Below are positions 27,701 through 34,695 of a DNA stretch of 64,000 nt, one piece after another. This stretch comes from a virus: IMG/VR virus record IMGVR_UViG_3300045996_003284, positions 10,248 through 74,247 of that record; one strand, given 5' to 3'. Numbering within the stretch: position 1 is the first letter of the stretch; each line of letters starts with the position of its first letter. Position numbers and translations under genes: made by a program. The notes beneath the pieces were generated by a model. The model was not told the DNA's origin, ran no database searches, and saw nothing but the letters and a program-made list of their open reading frames with translations.

Positions 27701-29835
27701 TCCTTCAGTTCCTTAAGCGCGGCGTTGTGCTCAAGTTGCGCCTTGGCATTTTCCGTAACTCTCCGAGTCATGGCGTAGATGGCTGCCGCTCCTGCCAAAA
27801 CGGCGGTCGCGATCCCCAACAGGGGAGTTGCCATGAGAAACTTTGACAGCAGGAGGAACTGCACACCGAGTTCCATAACGGCAGCCGAAAGACTGGTGAT
27901 CCACGAAATCAACTTGATGCCAATCAGAGTGAGCGCCACACCCTTAACAAGCTCGATGTTGTCAGCCAGCACCTTGAAGGTGGAGATCAGACCCTCGATG
28001 GCACTTTTGAGCAGACCTCCCAAATCGGAGGCCATCTTTTTTCCGACATCGCTGTTCATGAACTTGGCTAAGGCATCGGCTCCTTCGGCGAGAGCCTTGA
28101 GAAATCCACCGCTGGCAATGGTGTTCTTGATCTCGTTAAGCGCATTGTTGAACCGGGCAAACGACGCGCTAGCACTCTGAACCGTTCCCTCGACCGGAAA
28201 CTTGCCCTTAAGCGCTTCGCCGAAGACATCAAAGAACGATCGGGCACTCACCGCGCCGTTTTCCATCGCCCGGCCAAGGTCCTCGGCCGTCATGCCCAAC
28301 GCACGAGCCGTGATGTTGAAGGCGCCAGGAAGTTGCTCGGCCAACTGACCGCGCAGTTCTTCCGCCATGATCTGCCCTTTTGAAGCAAATTGCTCCAAAG
28401 CTTTGAAGGCGAGGGATATTTGCTGCGGACCACGACCCAGCAGTGACATGGCCTGCGCTGTCGCAAAGAAAGCATCCTTGGCTTTCTCAACGTCCACATT
28501 GCCACCTTGGATAGCGGCAACGAAACTGACGTATTCCTTCCCGGTCTGCAGCAGATCAATGCCGAGACGGTTTGTTTCCGTCCGCAGACGTTCCATCTCA
28601 ATGGTTGCCTGACCAGAGGAACCGGTCGCGCTTTGCAAACCTTTCTGCAAACTGTCAAAGGCCATGCCGGTCCGGGCGATGTCGCGCCCAATGACGATCA
28701 TGGCCCCGCCGGCCAGAACGCCGTTCATGCTCATGGCAGCGGACTGAACTCTACCGAGAGCGCTGATCAGGTGCTCTGCCTGTTTAACCGCGCCTGACGT
28801 GTCAAACTTGGCGTTAATCGTTTTTGTTACCCGCTTGGCGGCGTTCGAAAGATACGCCTCAGCATCGTAGCTGAGCGCCTTCTTCTTCTCCATCCGCTCG
28901 GTGGCCTGACGGCGGGTTTCCGGCATCGGGCCGACGAACGCAGGAGAGGATGGCGAAAATGCCCTAGCCTGACGTTCCCGATCGGCCCGTCGCATTTCAG
29001 CGGCTGCTTGTGCCGCTTCGCGCGCAAGACGTTGGTTGTGGCGACGCTGTTCCTGTTCGCTCTGTTGCCAGACGGACAGGCGTTCGGCGGCCTGCTCCTT
29101 GAAGACGCCGGTGGTTTTTTCCTCCGCCGCCCTCAGCGCCGCAATATCCGCCTGGTACTGACGGGGAGATATGGGGCCAACAAAGGCAGGAGAGGATTCC
29201 GGGATCTTGCGCGACTCAGAAAGTCGCTCTGCTTCAGCGGTTCGTGCCTGTGATCGCGTTCTCGGGCCGATAAAATCTTCGGCCGACAGTTTGGATGCCC
29301 GAACCGCGGCTTTGCCCAGCTCATCGAGTTGACGCGTTAACTCGGCAACCCGAACTTGGATCTTCGCGACCGCTGCAGTTCCGCCGTCTGCTAGGCCGGA
29401 CAGATCCTTAGCCCCCAAACGGTCCAATTCAGTGGAGACGGAACGAACCTGACGATTGATTTCGGACGCATCAATCCGCGGCATGGCGATCCGGCCAATT
29501 GCTGCGTTCAGGCTGGCAACTTCACTCCGGAGTTGATTGAACTGCGGCGTAGACGCAACAGTTGCTCGCTTGGCCGCTTCGCGCTGGGTGATCGCCGTCT
29601 TCTCGCGTTCAGCACGCTCGTGTCCTGCGACTTCCGACTGGGGACTGCCGGATGCCCCCGATGCCGCACGCCTTGGTGTTGAGATGCTCTGTTTGCTCAG
29701 CGCCTGCATTGCCTGGAGGGTTTCCTGCGCCTTGAGACGCACACTCTCCAGCGCATCCTTGACCAGATCCGCCCCAGTTTTCGCCCTCGATCCGTCAATC
29801 AGGATCTCAAGATGGGCTGAGTTCTCAATAGCCAT
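24799..29835 (-). CDS. Tail tape measure protein (1678 aa)
   Basis: KG.IMAEELRGQLAE.LPGA tape-measure domain, long helical body, lambda-like C-terminal domain. Confidence 0.95.
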   Translation of the reverse strand: MAIENSAHLEILIDGSRAKTGADLVKDALESVRLKAQETLQAMQALSKQSISTPRRAASGASGSPQSEVAGHERAEREKTAITQREAAKRATVASTPQFNQLRSEVASLNAAIGRIAMPRIDASEINRQVRSVSTELDRLGAKDLSGLADGGTAAVAKIQVRVAELTRQLDELGKAAVRASKLSAEDFIGPRTRSQARTAEAERLSESRKIPESSPAFVGPISPRQYQADIAALRAAEEKTTGVFKEQAAERLSVWQQSEQEQRRHNQRLAREAAQAAAEMRRADRERQARAFSPSSPAFVGPMPETRRQATERMEKKKALSYDAEAYLSNAAKRVTKTINAKFDTSGAVKQAEHLISALGRVQSAAMSMNGVLAGGAMIVIGRDIARTGMAFDSLQKGLQSATGSSGQATIEMERLRTETNRLGIDLLQTGKEYVSFVAAIQGGNVDVEKAKDAFFATAQAMSLLGRGPQQISLAFKALEQFASKGQIMAEELRGQLAEQLPGAFNITARALGMTAEDLGRAMENGAVSARSFFDVFGEALKGKFPVEGTVQSASASFARFNNALNEIKNTIASGGFLKALAEGADALAKFMNSDVGKKMASDLGGLLKSAIEGLISTFKVLADNIELVKGVALTLIGIKLISWITSLSAAVMELGVQFLLLSKFLMATPLLGIATAVLAGAAAIYAMTRRVTENAKAQLEHNAALKELKDLRSQLKASANDKDEVNDIRAKITAIRDLAREEQKRLDDNIKKMRDAQRIQEAMSTTGLGAEFGGMMPADPNRDADIAREQRERQMARQRAQAAQRALMTNQTGFTGGFAGAGTSATASGVRETAQAEILAKATEQIQRQIAEQDKLFQAFEMNAAAAAELKSQMEMLAQVKMDWGDKVSAEGLKEIMSLMGQLSEAKDRVKAGPIIQELNTSILDLHKLAEAHGKGGDAADKEKVAQEARNRIVEAGVNISSRAAQAIFTLSEANWEAARAADAAKRSAELQQNAAVARATTDVLLNRAGLDRVAGVAQIQEADQLGLDIGDKSPFKKNADRWAPVFEAGKTAAVEASEAQKQQNMNLDHQLRVMDKIIAGEKSRTAEGARRAAEEKAFLELQTRGPTGVGLGSITREELTPEQKAYIEKSGKIAEKEFQASKTPRAKAEKVDRFGEKLRELQESIAAERELAVAYGKGTEAVEQQTRAQSIMNQVHALSEKLTKQQKDKLEELIGTLYDAKTAAAFEGAKMDLRNEIAQIEAMARVQLGSAEAANREAIAQQARDEAIRLGVSTDKEAIRSLEELMLARQNAEQAGMVNQRIRETRDTIKDYEDEANALKLVGQERIRRIAELQQEQELRDQGISKNTPRFEEAVRGSGEVAIREYIDASNESIRSTEGQIDAVGRQSAAMSLLGEAYVRRSAELEKEAELLQANGDATDEYSQKQIKLAGDLAVVSDRLAKQNDSLRQLADSGLTFDQQMREISYGGLMNMEDALVDIITGTKSVKEAFADMARSIAADLARMAIRQAITIPIAMAMNGMFGGMAGAGAMGAMGTMGAMGAMGAMGGGFPMAHTGGIIGQDRLATKSVAPEVFQGAPRFHSGKLPSLAPGETPAILKENEGVFTPGQMKALGPAGGNTSITVSPNVNVNMPQGASQEDGERFGKAITRQLQGMVQEEIRRSIRPGGQLNPNGMG
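25189..25243 (-). repeat. 9-bp imperfect tandem repeat encoding (G-A/T-M)n in the TMP
   Basis: GAMGAMGTMGAMGAMGAM. Confidence 0.8.
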
Positions 29836-30597
29836 CTGGCGGGGCTTCCTGTTCGGCGGAAGAAAGGGAAGGGTCTTGAGACGAGACAGCGGCAGCCGCC
29901 GCTTCTTTGGCCTGATCCTTGGTCGCCGCTGGCAGTTGCAGCAGCGCGTTCATCAGATCACGGCCAACTGATTTGGGGTCCGGCCTGGCGTCATCCGATT
30001 TGCCGGCCGGTCTCAACTTAGCCATTAACTCGGACAGTTTTGGAAAGTGCTTGACGTCGACCCGATGGAGGAAAGCGGTATGCCAAGACACCCACAAGTC
30101 TCGCTCACGCTCGGCTATCGACCGGTCGTTGGCCGCTTCGACGCAGAGTTTCAGTTCGTTGGGCGTAAGATCCCAGAAGTCGTTCGGCTTGATGCCGATC
30201 CGGAAGGCGGTCTTCAGAGCCAGCGCTATGCCGCGGTCGCCTTCTTCTTCCGAGGGTTTCCAGTTTCCTCGGACTCGGCCTCCTCCTTCTCCTTACGCTC
30301 CGGCGGTGTCTTCGCACCCCACCAGGAGAAGTTGATCAAATCGGTCACCGCATCAATCGCCCTCTCCAGCGGCGGTGATAGGTCCATGATTACGTCCGGC
30401 GTCATCTCCGGGTGCTTCTCCGCCATGGCGACGGCCATGATCACCGCCAGATGCTCGGGATCGGTGAGATTGTAACCCTCAGGATAGGAGCGACGGACCT
30501 GAGCGATGCCATGCCAACTCAGGCGCATTTGATAAGATTTGCCGTCAATCTCGATAAAGACGGTGCCGCGCGGCGGGTTGTCGGGAAGGGATGCCAT
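29825..30597 (-). CDS. Tail assembly chaperone GT fusion made by -1 frameshift
   Basis: The -1 frame is open from ~30260 and reads ...GIKPNDFWDLTPNEL...WVSWHTA, joining ORF 29825..30097. Confidence 0.85.
30226..30597 (-). CDS. Tail assembly chaperone G
   Basis: NPPRG.V.IEIDGK.Y.MRL; lies between the tube and TMP genes. Confidence 0.85.
   Translation of the reverse strand: MASLPDNPPRGTVFIEIDGKSYQMRLSWHGIAQVRRSYPEGYNLTDPEHLAVIMAVAMAEKHPEMTPDVIMDLSPPLERAIDAVTDLINFSWWGAKTPPERKEKEEAESEETGNPRKKKATAA
30256..30262 (-). other. Putative -1 ribosomal slippery site T GGA AAC
   Basis: Encodes Gly-Asn near the end of G, where the -1 frame continues into T. Confidence 0.7.
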
Positions 30598-30601
30598 GGA
30601 C

Positions 30602-30961
30602 CTATACGTTATTTTTCGCAGTTAACTGCCACGCGGGCAGGATGAAATGGCGATAGTGCTCGGCATCGCCATACTCGGCGGGGTCCGGTTCCGTCAGTAC
30701 GGAGATCATCTCACCGTTAACGCCCGTAACCGTTCCAGCCCGACCCTGAATCGTGACGATCTGACCGACCTCGTACACCGGCAGCGGTTCATCCGGTTCC
30801 AGGTCAGCATCGCCAACGACAAGTTCGGTGCGGAAACCATGCGGAGTCAGTTCGCGCATCAGCACGTGGTAGAGCGGACCGTTGGGGCCGCCGACAACGT
30901 CCGTGATGATGCCGCGCCCGGACCAGAAGATATTGACCGGATCGCCTTTGGCAAAGGGCAT
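30602..30961 (-). CDS. Hypothetical protein with tandem KOW/SH3-like units
   Basis: FAKGDPV...GIITDV and YEVGQIV...GTVTGV. Confidence 0.55.
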   Translation of the reverse strand: MPFAKGDPVNIFWSGRGIITDVVGGPNGPLYHVLMRELTPHGFRTELVVGDADLEPDEPLPVYEVGQIVTIQGRAGTVTGVNGEMISVLTEPDPAEYGDAEHYRHFILPAWQLTAKNNV

Positions 30962-30988
30962 GGTACCTCAGTGGAGATGGGGCAAAGG

Positions 30989-31016
30989 AAAAGGGCGGCT
31001 CATCCGGACCGCCCTT
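30989..31016 (-). terminator. Intrinsic terminator after the tail tube gene
   Basis: AAGGGCGG stem followed by TTTT. Confidence 0.6.
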
Positions 31017-31064
31017 GGTGGGGAATGAGCCTGTGGACGCAAATTGCGAACATCGAAGCTTATG

Positions 31065-31484
31065 CTATGACGGGTTGAAGTCCCAGACGACAGCCCCCGA
31101 AATCTCCAACGTTATTGTTGCCGTTGTCAGGGCATCGACACCACCGGCAACACTGAAGCCCATGACAAAGGCGTCAAAGATTGCTGTAGCATTGTTTTCG
31201 TCGGAAAATGTGATCTTGAACTTCTTTTTCGTGCTCGCCGCGCGATCCGCAAGCAGAGCCTGCTGTCCGGCATCTCCTGGCTCGAAATTGCATTCAAGGC
31301 TCAACTGTCCCTCGTCTTGCAAACCTAAGACTTTTTCTTTGCCCGTGCTCTGAAGGGTTGTTGCGTCAATGACCGCAGACTGACCCCCAGGGCCGGTAAA
31401 GGACCGGATCTCGGCGAGGGTGACATACGCTCCTGGGGTGGCGCTTTCTCTGGCAATAGTCGTGCCTTGGGCGTTAAATGCCAT
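31065..31484 (-). CDS. Major tail tube protein
   Basis: GPGGQ...IDATTL.S..KE...GL.DEG.LS, GGVD...T.T.TLEISG; strong AAGGAG RBS. Confidence 0.92.
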   Translation of the reverse strand: MAFNAQGTTIARESATPGAYVTLAEIRSFTGPGGQSAVIDATTLQSTGKEKVLGLQDEGQLSLECNFEPGDAGQQALLADRAASTKKKFKITFSDENNATAIFDAFVMGFSVAGGVDALTTATITLEISGAVVWDFNPS

Positions 31485-31523
31485 AGCGGTAACTCCTTAG
31501 TATGGCGGCTGGAGGCGGGCAAC

Positions 31524-31547
31524 AAAAAACCCCGCCGAAGCGGGGTT
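31524..31547 (-). terminator. Intrinsic terminator upstream of the tail tube gene
   Basis: AACCCCGC-TTCG-GCGGGG-TTTTTT. Confidence 0.85.
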
Positions 31548-31657
31548 CCTGTTTGGTGATGGAGTCTGTTTAAGGCTGCAAATGTCGCCACCTCGCGCCA
31601 TTCTTTATCCGAGTAATGGCCGTTCGTGCGATGCGTACGGACGACAAAAGCGTCTTC

Positions 31658-31885
31658 TCAGAGTGTCTCGCCCGGCTTCGGCGGCAGCACCACCTCACCG
31701 GCCACCGGTACGGTCAGCCACGTCAGTCCGTTGGAGATGGCAAGGCTGACAACAGTGCCGTCATCAGCCTTGAGAACCACCAAGTGGTTCGCCTTGCCGG
31801 CAGCCAGGGGCAGGTCGGCGACCGTGTAGGACGGCAGCGCGCGGGGGGTGGGTGGCTTGGGCGGCTTGGGCTTGGGCATCGGCAT
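31658..31885 (-). CDS. Small fibre-knob-like protein, paralog of 31916..32140
   Basis: LPSYTVADLP...LAISNG..W. Confidence 0.6.
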   Translation of the reverse strand: MPMPKPKPPKPPTPRALPSYTVADLPLAAGKANHLVVLKADDGTVVSLAISNGLTWLTVPVAGEVVLPPKPGETL

Positions 31886-31915
31886 AGCGGTCTCCTGGAC
31901 GAACGCTCATGAGAA

Positions 31916-32140
31916 CTACGAGGCAGCGACAGCGACGCCTAGCAGGATGCGCAGCCAGCTTGTTCCGTTGGAGTAAGCAAGACAGGGCTGACCGGCGGCG
32001 CCGTTGCTGACATAGATCATGCGACCGGTGTTTTCAGAGGCCGGCGGGGCGTTCGCAACCGTAAAGGTGGAGAGGGGGAGCGCGCGGTTGACGGCGCGGT
32101 TGCCGACTTGTCCGGGTTGGGCGTCATTGGGCAGTGCCAT
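31916..32140 (-). CDS. Small fibre-knob-like virion protein
   Basis: GAGGAG RBS; LSTFTVANAP.A....GRMIYVSNG....LAYSNGTSW. Confidence 0.7.
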   Translation of the reverse strand: MALPNDAQPGQVGNRAVNRALPLSTFTVANAPPASENTGRMIYVSNGAAGQPCLAYSNGTSWLRILLGVAVAAS

Positions 32141-32167
32141 GGGAAACTCCTCATGTAGACAGGCATG

Positions 32168-32192
32168 AAAAAGCCGCCCATGATGAGGCGGC
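32168..32192 (-). terminator. Intrinsic terminator after acb2
   Basis: GCCGCC stem plus TTTTT. Confidence 0.75.
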
Positions 32193-32214
32193 GTAGGGAA
32201 CCGGGGGAGGTCGG

Positions 32215-32433
32215 CTATTCTTCGGGACGAGCCACAGCGCGGACTAAGGCCATAAAGCCTTTCTGAATATCCGTTTTCGCGATAGTGACCCAACGCTGGT
32301 CAGCATCCTCGCTGTCGCGGATTTGGTGGAGGAGTTGAAGCACCGCCCGTTCCGTGGCCTTGATCGCGTTGATGGAGGCGATCTCCCGCTCACTCAGGCG
32401 ACGGTATCCGGCGATCAGCGACGTGTCGGGCAT
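32215..32433 (-). CDS. acb2: Anti-CBASS cyclic-oligonucleotide sponge, Acb2-like
   Basis: IAGYRRLSEREI..IN.IK ... RW..IAKTDIQKGFMALVRAVARP matches the Acb2 consensus as I recall it. Confidence 0.88.
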   Translation of the reverse strand: MPDTSLIAGYRRLSEREIASINAIKATERAVLQLLHQIRDSEDADQRWVTIAKTDIQKGFMALVRAVARPEE

Positions 32434-32739
32434 CTACAAGCCCCGCGGCAACAGCGAACGTGGCTGGATCCATTCGGGGGTGTCGTCAAAAATTCCGAGT
32501 TTTGGGACATCAGGAACCAAGGCGCGCAGGCGCTTGATTTCCTCTTCCAGGTTCTGCATAGCCTTCACCATGAGCGCCATTTCAGCGTGGCAGTCTTTGA
32601 TCTCCTTCTTCATCGCCTGGATTTCGGCAGGCGGGATGAGCAGGAAGGACTGCGGCTTGAAGGAGGACGCCAGCGGCTTATCGGCGGTGATCAGACGGGA
32701 GGTGATTTCGCACGGGGTGGGTCTGCCGGTACTGCTCAT
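32434..32739 (-). CDS. Coiled-coil hypothetical protein abutting acb2
   Basis: Its TAG is immediately followed by the acb2 ATG. Confidence 0.55.
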   Translation of the reverse strand: MSSTGRPTPCEITSRLITADKPLASSFKPQSFLLIPPAEIQAMKKEIKDCHAEMALMVKAMQNLEEEIKRLRALVPDVPKLGIFDDTPEWIQPRSLLPRGL

Positions 32740-32773
32740 GATACCCTCGCACAGGTGTCTGGCCGCCCTAGGA

Positions 32774-33178
32774 TTAACCCGGAACGGCTTCGTCGTAGCG
32801 GAAACTGATGGAAACATTGATCTGGAAGTCGCCGTCGGCCACATTGCCAACCTCTTCGACGTCGGTGGTCAGACAGTCCAGACCGCTGAAGCTCTTGCCT
32901 TCGAAGATGCGCCGGGCGGACTGCGCCAGGGTACGGCCTTGCTTCAACCCCTCGCCAAGCGGGATGTAGATCTGCAAAAAGGCGTAGCCGGCGCGGGTGT
33001 AGGTCTTGGTTAATCCGGTCCAGGAACGCAGCCGCGAAGCGCCATGGCGAACGGTGAAACGCACCCAGACGGTCGGCGGTGAGGGTGGAACGGTGTTGTC
33101 CCAAACAACTGGCGTGGCGTTGGCCCAGTTGAGCTTGAAGGTGCTCTCCAACAGGGTGGCGGCCTCGTCGGGGGTCAT
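32774..33178 (-). CDS. Tail terminator-like protein
   Basis: V.WDN....P...WVRFTV.HG, G...LQIY.P.G.G; synteny. Confidence 0.8.
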   Translation of the reverse strand: MTPDEAATLLESTFKLNWANATPVVWDNTVPPSPPTVWVRFTVRHGASRLRSWTGLTKTYTRAGYAFLQIYIPLGEGLKQGRTLAQSARRIFEGKSFSGLDCLTTDVEEVGNVADGDFQINVSISFRYDEAVPG

Positions 33179-33591
33179 TCTTTCTTGAGGTCCATGTTGA
33201 TGGCCTGAACTGTCAGTTTAAGCATACCGCTGGGAGCTTGGGCACTCCGCGTGCCGGATTCCAATTCTTCAATGTAGGGCACGTTGTTCCGAATGTAGAT
33301 GCTGTCACCGAACCGGTACTGGTTGCGCACCAAGGCCATGGCGCGTTGGGTGGCAGTGAACGCTGATCCAGCGGTAGAGCCTCGGTGTCCCTCAGAGAAC
33401 GGCACCTCGCCGAGAAAGGGTGCGTTGAGGGTCGGCACCCAATTGGTTTGCGCCCGGCTGGTGTCGATCGGCGTAAGCCGGACAACTTCCGTGATCGCGA
33501 CCTGAGCCACCGAGCGGACAGTTTCAGCATGAGCTTCCTTGACAGTATTGACAAAACTGTCAAGCTTGAGGCCAAAGCTTCGCAGGGACAT
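33175..33591 (-). CDS. HK97 gp10-like neck/tail completion protein
   Basis: TPIDTSRAQTNW, YIRNNVPYIEELE.G..S.QAP.GM. Confidence 0.85.
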   Translation of the reverse strand: MSLRSFGLKLDSFVNTVKEAHAETVRSVAQVAITEVVRLTPIDTSRAQTNWVPTLNAPFLGEVPFSEGHRGSTAGSAFTATQRAMALVRNQYRFGDSIYIRNNVPYIEELESGTRSAQAPSGMLKLTVQAINMDLKKE

Positions 33592-33731
33592 GGCGTCTCG
33601 CAGACATGGAAAAGGCACCAAAGGTCATCGGGCGCCGATTTTACAAACAGTTCCGCTGGGTTTGTCAAATAACATGCCTAAAATGACTTGTCACGACCTT
33701 GTACGGTATCAGCGGTCAAAATTGACCGAGC

Positions 33732-34085
33732 CTATTTTCGCAAGGTCAGATGCCAGTAAATACGCCGGTCGCCGCCAACTCTCACGACGGTCCAGGTGTC
33801 GGAGCCGTCGATGATCGTGTCGCCCTGCCGGGGTTCGAAGGACAGATCGCGGGCGCGAAGAATGCACATCTGGTCACCGGCCCGGATATCGGTACCGTTG
33901 ATCAGGTTGACAGCGTATTCGACCAGGGCTGCTTTCAAGGTGGTTTCCGTCACGGTGACGTTTTGGGGGGCCTCCGGATTGTAAGCGGCGCGCTCCATGC
34001 GGCGGTAGGTAACCGGACGGATCAGGTCACCGAGTAATATCCAGGCTTTGTCCAGACCGTTTTTAACAACCGTGAGCAAACTCAT
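33732..34085 (-). CDS. Head-closure (stopper) protein
   Basis: NGT.IRAGD...EPRQGDTI.DG..W.VV; follows the adaptor. Confidence 0.8.
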   Translation of the reverse strand: MSLLTVVKNGLDKAWILLGDLIRPVTYRRMERAAYNPEAPQNVTVTETTLKAALVEYAVNLINGTDIRAGDQMCILRARDLSFEPRQGDTIIDGSDTWTVVRVGGDRRIYWHLTLRK

Positions 34086-34636
34086 CGGACAAGTCTCCCG
34101 GAGCCGTAGCCGTAGCGCGGCATGCCAAGACCGCGCAGTTTCATATAGACGGAGCGCGGCATCAGCAGCGGTGCCGTGGTGACCGATGAGGACGACCCGG
34201 ACGACGACGAGGACCCGGCCATGGTAACGGCGATGGGACCAATCTCAACCTTGGACACATCACCGTCCGATGCTGAAACGACTTCGGTAACGCCGCTATC
34301 CCGCTGGCGGCGCAGGAACAGAGCCAGTTCTGCCGTCGCTTGGCGAGCGGCCATGGGGATTTCGTTGCTCCGGATCATGCTTCGTCCGGAGCGGTCCGGC
34401 ATGCCATAGCGTGGCAACTGGAGCGCCTGGGTGTAGCGCAGAACGACACCGTTGAATTCCCAGAAGTCATCGATGATCGACGTCGCCTGGATCAGGGCGG
34501 CCTGCTTATCTTCCAGGTCGAGGGAATCCCAGTCATCACGATCCATGCTGGACGCAAAGTAGGAATCGGCCCAGGTGACCGAGACATAAGAGTTCGCCTC
34601 GGATAGACCCGAGCCGTCTTCCACGATAAAAGCCAC
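34082..34636 (-). CDS. Head-tail adaptor (DnaT-like family)
   Basis: IVEDGSG...ANSYVS...AD.YF, K.AALI.AT..ID, QAL..PR. Confidence 0.88.
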   Translation of the reverse strand: MAFIVEDGSGLSEANSYVSVTWADSYFASSMDRDDWDSLDLEDKQAALIQATSIIDDFWEFNGVVLRYTQALQLPRYGMPDRSGRSMIRSNEIPMAARQATAELALFLRRQRDSGVTEVVSASDGDVSKVEIGPIAVTMAGSSSSSGSSSSVTTAPLLMPRSVYMKLRGLGMPRYGYGSGRLVR

Positions 34637-34695
34637 GGTCCACCTGCCGGAATGAGGTTGCGGAGAGAGTTGGGTGCGGAACCCGGTTGGCGCGA

